This document shows positions 1-9,348 of a stretch of 64,000 nt of DNA, in pieces. The notes under the pieces were generated by a model. It was not told where the DNA came from. It saw only the letters and a list, made by a program, of their open reading frames with translations, and made no database searches. The stretch lies in the sequence record PP496443.1, one strand, 5' to 3'. The stretch's first letter is position 1. Every line of letters begins with the position of its first letter. Made by a program: the position numbers and the translations under genes.

Positions 1-1
1 G

Positions 2-319
2 AACGTCCTGATCCGAAGTGGAGACCGGGATGATCAAGCCGCCAGCCAGCGTCTGTGAACCGGCGCGGATTACCCACAGCTTGTTGGAAGCCTGAAGGAA
101 TGTCGCGGCGGAATACATGGCCAGGTCGGCACCAATACGGATACTGGAGTTCTCCGTATAACTTTGAATCAGATCCTGCTCGGAAGTCGTCAACTTCGCT
201 TCTTCCTGCGACCCTCGCGGGGCACCTGGAAGTACGATTGCGCCGTAAACGCCCGGCGAACTCGCAACCGAAGTCGCGAGATTGATTTCCGAGAGGGTTA
301 CCTTTGCTGCACCACTCAT
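2..319 (-). CDS. Tail sheath protein, N-terminal part (runs off the left edge)
   Basis: Not in the ORF track. My translation from ATG at 319: MSGAAKVTLSEINLATSVASSPGVYGAIVLPGAPRGSQEEAKLTTSEQDLIQSY...MYSAATFLQASNKLWVIRAG. This fits the usual contractile sheath N-terminus (E-i-d/n-l, gai-v..a.rG..e.p.l.ts..dl, fl....lwvvR) and lies downstream of the capsid genes. Confidence 0.75.
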   Translation of the reverse strand, partial: MSGAAKVTLSEINLATSVASSPGVYGAIVLPGAPRGSQEEAKLTTSEQDLIQSYTENSSIRIGADLAMYSAATFLQASNKLWVIRAGSQTLAGGLIIPVSTSDQDV

Positions 320-340
320 AGTGATTCCCTCGATGGAGTG

Positions 341-529
341 TTAAGCCTGAACTTGTTCAGTAACCTTGCCCGGCAACGGGTAGGTCAACTGATCACGATC
401 CAGACGTTTCAGGACGCCGAGCGGCGGCAGGGTAACGGAATCTTTTCCCTCTGGACCATAGGCCAGCTGGATGGGGTGCTTCGCCGTCGAATACAGATTG
501 ACGTAAACTTTTTCTTGATCAGACATCAC
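341..529 (-). CDS. Small hypothetical virion-operon protein (62 aa)
   Basis: ORF with RBS-like GGAG, between the tail completion-like gene and the sheath gene. Confidence 0.6.
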   Translation of the reverse strand: MMSDQEKVYVNLYSTAKHPIQLAYGPEGKDSVTLPPLGVLKRLDRDQLTYPLPGKVTEQVQA

Positions 530-544
530 ATCGTCTCCTAACCG

Positions 545-1231
545 TTATGGCGTCGGGGTCAGATCTATTTCCTTGCGGAACAGTACCTCGCCCTTACCGT
601 TTTCACCTTCATCAAGCTGGGCAACGAAGATAATCTTCGAGCTGTTCTTGAGCTTCGTGTCATACTTGCCACCATCACTGGAGACAAAGCCGTGGACAGT
701 AATGTCTACGTTGAACACGAACGCCGATACGTCCTGACCCGCCTTCGACTTGGGAGGCAATGTCAGGTCACCACCGACTTGAGACTCAATCGTGAACGCG
801 ATACCTCGGTACTCCAGCGTGAAATCCAGCAGGCTTAAATGCTGCATGAACTTCGCGTCACTGATGAACTTTAGCGCCTTCAGGTAATCGTCGGTAGCGA
901 ACTCCAGAACCATACCCATTGTAACCGGGATGATACTGATTGCGTACTCTCGATCCCCCTCGTTGACGGCAAAACGATTAACAATCCCTCGCGCTGTCAC
1001 ATTGGGGCGGTGTCGATTGGAATCACCTACGGTGCCGTAAGTCAGATAAGCGAAAGGGAACGTTGGTGCCTTTTCCTTTTTCTGAACGAACACATCGTAA
1101 GCTTCTTCCCGCGTTCGAATCATGACGCTGCCTTTAGCTAGGTCCAGCCCTTCTTCGACACGACGGCATACACCCGCCAAGACGAACACCTCGATGGGCT
1201 TGATCCTTGTACTTGCTGAAGACTTAGCCAT
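545..1231 (-). CDS. Virion structural protein, possible tail completion/terminator
   Basis: 228 aa, between major capsid and sheath; TFPFAYLTYG-like segment typical of tail completion proteins; function inferred from position. Confidence 0.45.
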   Translation of the reverse strand: MAKSSASTRIKPIEVFVLAGVCRRVEEGLDLAKGSVMIRTREEAYDVFVQKKEKAPTFPFAYLTYGTVGDSNRHRPNVTARGIVNRFAVNEGDREYAISIIPVTMGMVLEFATDDYLKALKFISDAKFMQHLSLLDFTLEYRGIAFTIESQVGGDLTLPPKSKAGQDVSAFVFNVDITVHGFVSSDGGKYDTKLKNSSKIIFVAQLDEGENGKGEVLFRKEIDLTPTP

Positions 1232-1242
1232 TTTCTACCTCG

Positions 1243-1278
1243 AAAAAAGGGTGGGTGGGCGGTAACACCCACCCACCC
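1243..1278 (-). terminator. Rho-independent terminator after the major capsid gene
   Basis: Perfect 11-bp inverted repeat GGGTGGGTGGG-N8-CCCACCCACCC with an A6 run on the left (U-tract on the minus strand). Confidence 0.85.
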
Positions 1279-1300
1279 TATATCACCTGACGTGCTGTGG

Positions 1301-2389
1301 TTACTGGCGGATAGCCTTAGTCACAGTGCGAGAGTTGATGATGGACATCGCGGTCAGCTGGCTCATGGTCCAACCACGACCTGGGAAGCGCTCGGTGGTC
1401 TCGTCGATAGGGCGAGCCTCGATGCCATCACGGTCGGAGTACACACCATGGTTCTCTGGCGAGGAAACCACGTACATCTCGCCACGGCCCAGCACCTTGT
1501 GCTGCGAATGACGGAACTGGTCAGTGATCACTTCCAGGCCGTACACGTTGCCGATGTTGCCGGTTTGAATCAGCTCTTCGGCGTACGAGGTGGCGTTGAA
1601 AGTGTTGACCCAGCTTTCTTCGCTGATGATGTCGGTCAGGATGTCCGACGAGATCAACCAGAATGCCGCTGGCAGTCCCCACTGGGTGATGTTACTCACC
1701 ATGTTGGCCAGAGCGCGGGTGGTCACTTGACCGGCGAGGATGGTCTGCTCGTTGGCTACGCCGACCGACGCATCGGCCAGACGTTTCCACAGGCGGTCTT
1801 CCGCAACCATGAACGCTTCCAGCGTGGAGATGTACGTACGGTCGAGCAGAGTGGCCGGGCCGCGAGCCAGGTCTTTCTGTTCGATGTACGGACGCGCTTG
1901 GAGGTAAAACTCTTGCGGGTAGTACACGTTGTCGCGAACCAGGTGGGTCGCAACTTGGGCAGGACCAGTCGAGAGGACCGCGACGGACTGCTTCATGTCC
2001 ACGGTGACTTTCGGCTCTTGGCCTTGTTCCAGTTCCATGCGTTGCAGCAGACGACGTGCGAAGCCGTCACGGTTGCCGGTCACTTGCATCTCGGCGGCGA
2101 ACACTTCGCCCAGTGCAACCAGCTCTTCCTTGCTGGCGAATGCGGCTTCAACCATCTCGCGCTTGCGAGCGGCAGCAGCCGAAGCAGTTTCAACCTGCTT
2201 CTCGGTGGTCAGCTGGTGACCACTCTTGGCCGCAGCTGCGAGGGTCTGGAGCATGCCGAAAAGTTCTTTGTTCGAACTGGCGTTGAACTCGCCGTTCTGG
2301 CCAACCAGCTTACCGCCGCCTGCCATGGACAGTTCGGTGATGATGCTCGGACGGCTGACGGACAGCCCTTTAAGTTGCAATGCTTTCAT
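1301..2389 (-). CDS. Major capsid protein (HK97-fold, inferred)
   Basis: 362 aa, strongly biased codons, followed by a terminator; C-terminal G.igxvyGlxvitd...GW.m.q..am.i.N..v pattern typical of major capsid proteins; order scaffold-decoration-capsid. Confidence 0.7.
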   Translation of the reverse strand: MKALQLKGLSVSRPSIITELSMAGGGKLVGQNGEFNASSNKELFGMLQTLAAAAKSGHQLTTEKQVETASAAAARKREMVEAAFASKEELVALGEVFAAEMQVTGNRDGFARRLLQRMELEQGQEPKVTVDMKQSVAVLSTGPAQVATHLVRDNVYYPQEFYLQARPYIEQKDLARGPATLLDRTYISTLEAFMVAEDRLWKRLADASVGVANEQTILAGQVTTRALANMVSNITQWGLPAAFWLISSDILTDIISEESWVNTFNATSYAEELIQTGNIGNVYGLEVITDQFRHSQHKVLGRGEMYVVSSPENHGVYSDRDGIEARPIDETTERFPGRGWTMSQLTAMSIINSRTVTKAIRQ

Positions 2390-2452
2390 GAGGTTTTAAT
2401 CCTGTGCAGGAAAATCAGAAGACCTTGTCTGTATTGATAAGGCTAACTAGCC

Positions 2453-3160
2453 TTACAGCAGGACCAGTTTCAGGAACGGATAGCCTTCATCCGGGCCTTT
2501 CAGAACAGCGACGCCTTGCAGCACGGTGCCGTTGCCACCGCTGGTGAACAGGCCGTTCGCGCCGAGGGTGACCACGGTCTCAGGGGACCAGTCAACGTTG
2601 GTGTCGAATTCGGAAGTCGCCAGCTCGCCTTTGGTGATGGCGGTGGTAATACCGAGGAAAGCAGCGGCGGTACGACCGGCAGACTGTTCGCCTTGCAGCG
2701 AAGCAGCTTCTACGACGGTCGGGGTGTAGCGATAGCCAGCCTGAATCGCTTGGTCTTTCTGTGCAGCGTTCAGCGTGACGGTCTTGCCGTCCGACGCGAG
2801 GCTGAACTTGCCAGCAGTGGCAGCATCACCAGCGGTCAGGGTGGTCTTGGTGCCGTTGGCAGCAGTAGCTACCAGACGCAGCGAACCGGCGTCGGCGACA
2901 GCCTTGTCCAGCACCAGAGTAGTGCTGTTACGGTTGGCTTCGAAACCTTGCAGCTTCGGCAGGAAGTCCGGGAACTGGGTCTGGTTGATGTTGATGCCGA
3001 AGAAGCGCTCACCGGCAACACCAGTGGAGGGCTTGACTGCCAACTCACCGTCAGCGCCGGTAGTGATAACCAGAGCGCAACCTTCGTTGGTCAATTCGAT
3101 CCCTTCCGCCACTTGGACAGGTTGGGATTCGCGCAGATGAACGACGTCGAAACTGAGCAT
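2453..3160 (-). CDS. Head decoration/structural protein
   Basis: 235 aa, Gly/Ala/Thr-rich and beta-strand-like, directly upstream of the capsid gene. Confidence 0.55.
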   Translation of the reverse strand: MLSFDVVHLRESQPVQVAEGIELTNEGCALVITTGADGELAVKPSTGVAGERFFGININQTQFPDFLPKLQGFEANRNSTTLVLDKAVADAGSLRLVATAANGTKTTLTAGDAATAGKFSLASDGKTVTLNAAQKDQAIQAGYRYTPTVVEAASLQGEQSAGRTAAAFLGITTAITKGELATSEFDTNVDWSPETVVTLGANGLFTSGGNGTVLQGVAVLKGPDEGYPFLKLVLL

Positions 3161-3221
3161 GGTACGTTCCTCAAAGGAAGGATAGATAAAAACGGATGAC
3201 TGTCTCGGGTTGAATCAACCC

Positions 3222-4751
3222 TTAACTGATGCGGAACAGTCCGCCTTGAGCGAGTTCACGCACACGCGAGTTACCCTTCTGAACAGGTTCATTCAGGAAG
3301 GAAGCGGTGGTTACCTGGCGCAACGGGGTCTCGAGTTGGTTTTCCAGCTGCGCAGTAGAAGCCTGACGGCCAGTGCTGCGAGTCGAGGAACCTACCGGAG
3401 TAGTGGACGCGATGGTTTCCGCCAGATCATTCAGGCTGCTCGGATCACGGGCTGCCAGTGTCTGAGCCAGCGCGAGGACGTTTTGGTTATGTTCGTCTTC
3501 GGTTTCGGCCAAAGCGCTCTCAACCATGGCTTGCGCGTTCTGTACACCGGCGGTGGTCAGATCGGCAATCAGGCGTTCCTTCACTTTGTGTGGGGTGTTA
3601 CGGAAGAACCCACGGGTCATACCAGCTGTCGCCAGCTGAAGGCCATGCAGCAGTCGTTCGGTCTGATCGCCAACGGTGTCGGCGACTTCGGCGGCAGCGA
3701 CAGCCTTAGCCTTTTCTTGCACGAATGCCATCGCCATCGCGGCAGGGGCCTTGAAGCTGTTACGCTGGAAGCCGTAGCTAGCCAGAGTTGCGTCCAAGCC
3801 GTCCTTGTTGAACGTCTGGGCGATTGCTTCCATGTAAGCTGGCTCGCCGAAGATATCGGCGTTGGCGGTTTCTGCGGTCTTGTGCAGGACAGCCACGGTC
3901 TGATCGTTGACGTTAGCCAAGATCTTGCCGTTCAGCGGGATGAATTCAGCAGTCGCGTTTTCACTCAGGCCAACCGAGGACAGCGCTTCGAGAACGTCGA
4001 TGTTCATATCTTCGGGCTCGTCACATTGGTCGGGATTCTGCGTGGACTGGATGACTTCGGCTTCTTCAACCGGTTCGTCTTCCGACTCCTCTTCTTCCTC
4101 GTCATCAGCTTCGGCGGATGCAACCACCGGCTTCTGCTTCGGCATGATGATCATCGGATTGTCCTCGGCGGAAGCTTCTTCCTCCAAGTCCTCGTCAGAC
4201 TCATTCGATTCGTCGTCTTCCAGTTCTTCGTCGTCGGCGCTGGTGTCGTCATCGCTTAGATCCGAATCGTCTTCCGACTCTTCTTCATCATCGGCGCTGG
4301 CTTCTTCGGCGGGTTGATCGCCGTCCCATGCCCAATCGGCGTTCGCGTCTTCTTCGTCGGTAGCAGTGGTATCATCCTCTGCACCCGCGAGAGTTACGCT
4401 GGGGTTCAGTACCATCCCCGTACCGCATTCAACACAGCAGATCTCTACGTGGCCTTCTTTGTTCACCGGCATTTGCGCCAGCTCTTCATCGAACATCACG
4501 TTAGCCACGGTGCACTGACGGCACTGCGCGCTGGTAAGGCTATCTTCTTCCGACTGGTTAAAGACGGAAGCAGTGATTGCCTCAGCACGCTGTTTCATGG
4601 CTGGACTGCCGCAGTGACCGCAGAACGGATCGCACCCCGCCAACGCTACCGTTTCCTCTTTGCAGTGACCGCACTGGTATGAAGCCAGTACAGCTTGCTT
4701 GAGGCTACGCATGGTTGGGGCGTGAGAAGCGATCATGGTGAGCTTCGGCAT
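3222..4751 (-). CDS. Probable prohead scaffold/core protein with N-terminal Cys-rich Zn-ribbons and a long acidic linker
   Basis: Start re-placed at ATG 4751 (MPKLTM; GAGGA RBS upstream). CGHC, FCGHC, CRQC and CCVEC motifs, a D/E-rich tract and an Ala-rich helical C-terminus; position before decoration/capsid genes. Confidence 0.55.
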   Translation of the reverse strand: MPKLTMIASHAPTMRSLKQAVLASYQCGHCKEETVALAGCDPFCGHCGSPAMKQRAEAITASVFNQSEEDSLTSAQCRQCTVANVMFDEELAQMPVNKEGHVEICCVECGTGMVLNPSVTLAGAEDDTTATDEEDANADWAWDGDQPAEEASADDEEESEDDSDLSDDDTSADDEELEDDESNESDEDLEEEASAEDNPMIIMPKQKPVVASAEADDEEEEESEDEPVEEAEVIQSTQNPDQCDEPEDMNIDVLEALSSVGLSENATAEFIPLNGKILANVNDQTVAVLHKTAETANADIFGEPAYMEAIAQTFNKDGLDATLASYGFQRNSFKAPAAMAMAFVQEKAKAVAAAEVADTVGDQTERLLHGLQLATAGMTRGFFRNTPHKVKERLIADLTTAGVQNAQAMVESALAETEDEHNQNVLALAQTLAARDPSSLNDLAETIASTTPVGSSTRSTGRQASTAQLENQLETPLRQVTTASFLNEPVQKGNSRVRELAQGGLFRIS

Positions 4752-5078
4752 GCGAAGTGCTCCTCTTGCTGTCAATGGGCTGCTACACACTATAAGCATG
4801 AGCAGATCTTCGAGCAGGCCACCTCGACGGCCCCTGCTACGGTAAACTCGGATTAACCCCTCCACGCGTATATAACGTTTTGGGAACAATTCAAATTACA
4901 TACGACCAGAGTGCCATGGTGTCCATACCTGCGTCAAAACGCCCGTTTGCCATCATGTCGGGATATGCCCAGCCATATGAGTGCTAAGTCATTGATTACC
5001 TTGACAATTTATTAGGGGGTATGTGGCCCCCTAATTCATGGAAATTCAGGTATTTTGGCTATATCTGCGTCAAAGTGC

Positions 5079-5107
5079 TTGACAAACGCTGCCAGGCCCT
5101 GTATACT
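5079..5107 (+). promoter_or_regulatory. Sigma70-type promoter
   Basis: TTGACA (5079-5084)-N17-TATACT (5102-5107), upstream of the SWIM gene. Confidence 0.85.
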
Positions 5108-5170
5108 GCACGGGCGAGCTACTATTCCAGCCCGCTACGTCCATGCCCACCGGGGCACGAAGGAACCAAC

Positions 5171-5647
5171 ATGAAGAGCATGATTCGCCGCAAAGATGGG
5201 TTTTACACGGAGTTGTTGGCCGGTGCTAAAGACCCTGTCGCCCTTTCCAAGACTGCATTCAACCGTGGACTGACCCGGATCGTTGCATCTATTACGAGCA
5301 GTGTTAAGCTGCGGTACGTAGTAGATTCCGAAACCGGTGATGCGGAATACCGGGTGAGAGTGAAGTTTCAGAAAAGCCAGTTGACCCGCAAGGGTACTCC
5401 GGCTATCAAGGTGGGACGGGTACTGGTTCCTGTTGATCTCGACAGCATTGCAGTACATTGCACGTGTCAGGACTTTCGATTCACCTGGTACACCTATTTG
5501 AAGAACTCTGGGCACGCTGCCGGTTGGTTCAAGCAGGTGGAGTTGAAAGGATCTGGCCGCACTCGGGAAGCTGACCACGCAGGTTGCTGCAAACACGTCG
5601 CCGGTGTACTGGCAATGGTTGAGCAGAACGTTATCGTCAAGCTGTGA
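5171..5647 (+). CDS. SWIM zinc-finger protein
   Basis: HCTCQDFRF...CCKHVAGV matches SWIM CxCx(n)CxH; ATG 5171 preceded by GAAGGA. Confidence 0.75.
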   Translation: MKSMIRRKDGFYTELLAGAKDPVALSKTAFNRGLTRIVASITSSVKLRYVVDSETGDAEYRVRVKFQKSQLTRKGTPAIKVGRVLVPVDLDSIAVHCTCQDFRFTWYTYLKNSGHAAGWFKQVELKGSGRTREADHAGCCKHVAGVLAMVEQNVIVKL

Positions 5648-5681
5648 CCCAGATGCAGTGAGTGTTACATGATAGAGAAAA

Positions 5682-5719
5682 TAAAACCCCACCGGTTCGC
5701 GCCGTGTGGGGTTTTTTAT
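5682..5719. terminator. Bidirectional Rho-independent terminator
   Basis: AAAACCCCAC...GTGGGGTTTTTT between two convergent genes. Confidence 0.8.
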
Positions 5720-5734
5720 GTCTGAAATTCAATC

Positions 5735-8521
5735 TTAGGTAAAGTCTTTCTGTGCCAGCACCAGTGGAACGCCGACAGTATCCAGTGCTATCTGTGTGAA
5801 CTCCTTCAATTCTGATCTGGTAAGCTTCCGGCTCAGCATCACCCCATCGTGCTCTTGTGCTACCACGATGTCTTTGTGTCGCATGTTGAACTCTATCATC
5901 ACCGCTTGCTCCATACCGCAGGTGATGAAGTGCAGCAGCTTCGACTTCTCCTTTTGTGTCGTCCACCCATTCAGCAGCTTGTCCGTGTAGAAGAATGCAA
6001 CGGACCCCAGAGCATTGCGTACGCTCACTGCGCTGGCGGTAGCATTGTCTGGATCAAGCCCCGCATCCTTGATTGATCTGGACAGCGACTTGTACAGGAA
6101 GTAGTTCTGCTTGGCGATCAGGTCTCGATTGACCGGCAGCTTGACGTGTTCAGTTACCTTGTAGTCCGGGTGTACAAGGATCATGCTGGGCAGTGCCTGC
6201 ATCGTCCTGATCACGGGGAAGATCAACCGGTTGGTGGTGTAGATCAAAGCGATTGCCAGCTCCATCATCTTAATCTTGAGGGCTTGCACGTGGCTCTCGT
6301 TCAACTCCAGTTCAATCGGTGCAACCAGACCACGGATCAGTTTGTCTATGGTGTCGGGCACCACGGAAGATTTCAGGATGGACTCATGCGATGTCTTGAG
6401 GCTGGACCCGTACATGACAGAGAGGAACATCAGCTTACAGACTCCGTCGATAACCCGGATGAACTCCTTCTCCTTGCGCCACGTCTGGCCGAGCGTTTCC
6501 CCCGCGCTTTTCCATACCTGATGCAGCGCCAGTCGGTCATTCCATCTTGACTCACTTCCAGACCACTTGGGTGATCCGAACACCCCAGCTCTCCATGGGT
6601 TCCGTACCATGACCAGCGCCGACTCCAGCAGGCCTTTGAATCCGGAGTCTTCCATCTCAGTCAGCACATGATCCGTCCACGTCTTGGATTCGTACATGCC
6701 GAAGATGGTCAACGCGCTGTCCACGTCCCGGTCCGTGAGAAACACCTTCCCGTATTCGTCTATCGTCTCAACCAGTTCCTTGCGATACCTCTTAACCAGC
6801 CCACCGATCAACATCGGGTGGCAAGACTTGACATCGTAGTTGACGTATCCACTCTTGGTGAGGATCACCTGCTTGAGTTGGTTGGGCAGCGAACCAAAGC
6901 CCACCGGGGAGTTTATCCGGGGCGAGCGCAAGGTGGTGAAGTGATGTGCACGGTGCATGACGATCTGGTTGTGGCGGTCGCTGCTCCCTTGCTGGCAACC
7001 CAAGTTCTCCGGGTTGATCATGCGGGCCAGCGTGCGGAAGGCCCCGGAGGATATAGCTTCACCTGAGGTGTGGTGCATCCAGCTAAGCTCCGCAAGCAGG
7101 TCATTGACGGGTAGGCGTACGCTCTTGGTGGACAGCATGCGGATGTAGGACTTCACGTTGACCGGGACAACGGGCCGGGTCGAAAGGTTTATGTTGTCGC
7201 TGATCTCCTTGTACGTCGGGTTGTTCACCACACAAGATTGCACCATGGAGACACGGCGTAACATCGTGCACGCCTTGATCGGCACGTTCTTATCATGGAA
7301 CATGTACAGCTTGCCCGGCTGGCCGGTCAGGTTATCGTTCGCCACCAGAGACTCACCGTAGGGCAGCTGAGAACTGAATACCATAACAGCCTGCCCTCGT
7401 TCCGCGAACGCGTAGATCGCATTGGGCAGTACCCGGTTGCTACCCTTCAGATTGGTTAGCCAGCGGCCCAGCGGTTTAACGTCACGAGGCCGGCCCATCA
7501 AACGCCCATGCAGGTAGGCATCAACCTTATCCATGTACGAGTCAACGAACTGTGTGACCACGGGACCAGGTTCGAACGTGAACGTCTTGTGCTTCCAGTA
7601 GTCTGCCTCCGTGGTCACGGCCATCAGCCCCATGGTCTCCAGCACAGCGCGCACGGTGTCCCAGTGATACGTCATCTGACCTTTCTTCGATCCTTCGATG
7701 TTTCGCCAGTTGATCAGGTTGTTGAACCTCTTTTCACCTTGATGCGAGCCGAGCCCGTAGCCTTCCTTGACCTGATCCTTCTTGATCGCGAACTGGGTAT
7801 CGTGGCTGTGATCCAGATCAACATGCAGGAACCGGGATACAGACCGAGCATGGTTCAGTTCCATGGGGAACGCCAGCTTGTTGGTCAGGTCCTTGGGGTT
7901 GAACGCAGGGTTCCATTGAAAGCCGTCCTTCGAGGTTCCCTTGTGCACGGCGGACACCAGATGTCGGGCCATTGAGTCGCGGGAGTCGAAGTGGCCTTTG
8001 TCGTTCACCTTATCCAGCAGCATGGGGTACGCCACGACAAGGCGAGCGATCAGGAAGGCAAAGCAGTAGGCAGCAGACGGGCCGGGCGCACAGTTGCGCT
8101 CCGCCATCTTCTGGAGGAATGTCTCGTACTGATCAAGGATGAAGTAGCCCAGACCGGGGGTGACGGCTACCGGCAGGCCAACGACGCGGCTGTCCAGCCA
8201 GCTCTTGCCACTGGGGTACAGGTTGTGCTTGGGGTTCAGCGAAGGTTCAACCACCATCATCCGCACATAGGGGACGTAGGACTGCACCCATTCAACGTTG
8301 GATTGATCTTTAGCTTCGGGGAAGTCACGGGTTACCTTTCCCACTTTGGCAATGAGATCAGTATTGAACCGCCCTACATCCTTGACCTCGGGGGCCAGCG
8401 TAGGGTTCAACCGGGCGGTAGCCTTGATGATGGGTACTTGGTCATACACTGGATACAAGTCTAGGGGCTTGGACAGTATGCCTGCATATTCCTTTTCCGA
8501 GAGTGGGGTGTAATCAGCCAT
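5735..8521 (-). CDS. Large protein with a divergent family-A-like polymerase palm in its C-terminal half
   Basis: 928 aa. YVNYDVKSCHP (motif A-like Asp), RVIDGVCKLMFLSVMYG (motif B-like K...YG), GMEQAVM, VAQEHDGVML (motif C-like HD); no recognisable exonuclease motifs. Confidence 0.55.
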   Translation of the reverse strand: MADYTPLSEKEYAGILSKPLDLYPVYDQVPIIKATARLNPTLAPEVKDVGRFNTDLIAKVGKVTRDFPEAKDQSNVEWVQSYVPYVRMMVVEPSLNPKHNLYPSGKSWLDSRVVGLPVAVTPGLGYFILDQYETFLQKMAERNCAPGPSAAYCFAFLIARLVVAYPMLLDKVNDKGHFDSRDSMARHLVSAVHKGTSKDGFQWNPAFNPKDLTNKLAFPMELNHARSVSRFLHVDLDHSHDTQFAIKKDQVKEGYGLGSHQGEKRFNNLINWRNIEGSKKGQMTYHWDTVRAVLETMGLMAVTTEADYWKHKTFTFEPGPVVTQFVDSYMDKVDAYLHGRLMGRPRDVKPLGRWLTNLKGSNRVLPNAIYAFAERGQAVMVFSSQLPYGESLVANDNLTGQPGKLYMFHDKNVPIKACTMLRRVSMVQSCVVNNPTYKEISDNINLSTRPVVPVNVKSYIRMLSTKSVRLPVNDLLAELSWMHHTSGEAISSGAFRTLARMINPENLGCQQGSSDRHNQIVMHRAHHFTTLRSPRINSPVGFGSLPNQLKQVILTKSGYVNYDVKSCHPMLIGGLVKRYRKELVETIDEYGKVFLTDRDVDSALTIFGMYESKTWTDHVLTEMEDSGFKGLLESALVMVRNPWRAGVFGSPKWSGSESRWNDRLALHQVWKSAGETLGQTWRKEKEFIRVIDGVCKLMFLSVMYGSSLKTSHESILKSSVVPDTIDKLIRGLVAPIELELNESHVQALKIKMMELAIALIYTTNRLIFPVIRTMQALPSMILVHPDYKVTEHVKLPVNRDLIAKQNYFLYKSLSRSIKDAGLDPDNATASAVSVRNALGSVAFFYTDKLLNGWTTQKEKSKLLHFITCGMEQAVMIEFNMRHKDIVVAQEHDGVMLSRKLTRSELKEFTQIALDTVGVPLVLAQKDFT

Positions 8522-8570
8522 TGGATAGCTCGCGTATTACCGGAGTGAATGGAATTGGACGTTATCAGCC

Positions 8571-8577
8571 CATTTAC
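8571..8577 (-). promoter_or_regulatory. GTAAATR box (putative phage-specific promoter)
   Basis: CATTTAC on the plus strand, about 50 bp upstream of the 928-aa gene start; motif recurs upstream of many genes. Confidence 0.55.
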
Positions 8578-9308
8578 CAGACTATATACAGAGTATCTTA
8601 TGGGGGTTAAAAAGGACCATCTTGCAATTATTTGGGTCATTAATTCCCTTTCATACCCTAAACCTCTATCTGTGAATACGGGGGTAGTTAGCCCTAGATA
8701 CATCCCTATTACCTGTGTATATTGCCCATGTAGACTCTATTCCCCTATCGGGAAGTATAACCTCGAAAAAGGTTCCTAGCTTGCATGGGCTGGCCCACCC
8801 ACCCCCGTGGCCCACCCGACCGCCCGGTTAAGGCCATACCTAGGGATTCCTTTCTCCCAGAGGGACCCCCAGCCGCCCATCCTTCCCCTGCTCCTCCCTT
8901 TCCTTCATCATCTACACCCACCCAGCTATTGACTTACCATCTAGTGATCCTCCTTCCTCCAGCTTCTACATAGGCAGTTAGTTTCCCCATGCCTCTAAGT
9001 CCCTACGCTTCATCATGCACTTATGCTCTGTAGTACTGATTCCCCCACATGCCCGTGACTTATGCTCTGGTGTCAGTATTCCCAGCCTCCCAGGTGAAAA
9101 GGGTGACCCGGCTTCCTGCTATGGGTATGGGGTTGTCCGGGGAATAGCGCCCGTGAATAGGGCTTCCAGGCGTGCGATATGGGGAGTTTTTCGGGGATGG
9201 ATGAGTCAGTATGGCGGGGAATGGGGAATGTAGCGCCTGCGAGCTTGTAGGAGCCCGTGGTTATTGACTGGATATGCGGGACTGGGGCGGGGGTTTCCTG
9301 CGGAGGTG

Positions 9309-9343
9309 AAAAAGCCCGCACGGCTTGGGACCGATACGGGCTC
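9309..9343 (-). terminator. Rho-independent terminator
   Basis: AAAAAGCCCG...CGGGCT, just downstream of the gene ending at 9349. Confidence 0.75.
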
Positions 9344-9348
9344 TGGTA

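Larger units (their letters stand above)
8522..9345. other. Long non-coding region with a C-rich then G-rich segment and short direct repeats (candidate origin/packaging/regulatory region)
   Basis: No credible ORF; TGGCCCACCC at 8791 and 8808; ACTTATGCTCTG at 9019 and 9058; pyrimidine/C tracts at about 8790-9090 switch to G-runs at about 9120-9300. Confidence 0.5.

Noticed and set aside
1292-4259. Long plus-strand ORFs (381, 227, 349 aa) opposite the capsid, decoration and scaffold genes
   Set aside because: Antisense shadows of highly biased structural genes; the minus-strand products, RBSs and terminator are coherent.
4060-4380. Repetitive TCGTC/TCTTC-rich DNA, considered as a CRISPR array or tandem repeat
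   Set aside because: It encodes the Asp/Glu-rich linker of the scaffold-like protein; no fixed repeat-spacer periodicity.
5001-5006. TTGACA as a second promoter -35
   Set aside because: No -10-like hexamer 16-18 bp downstream.
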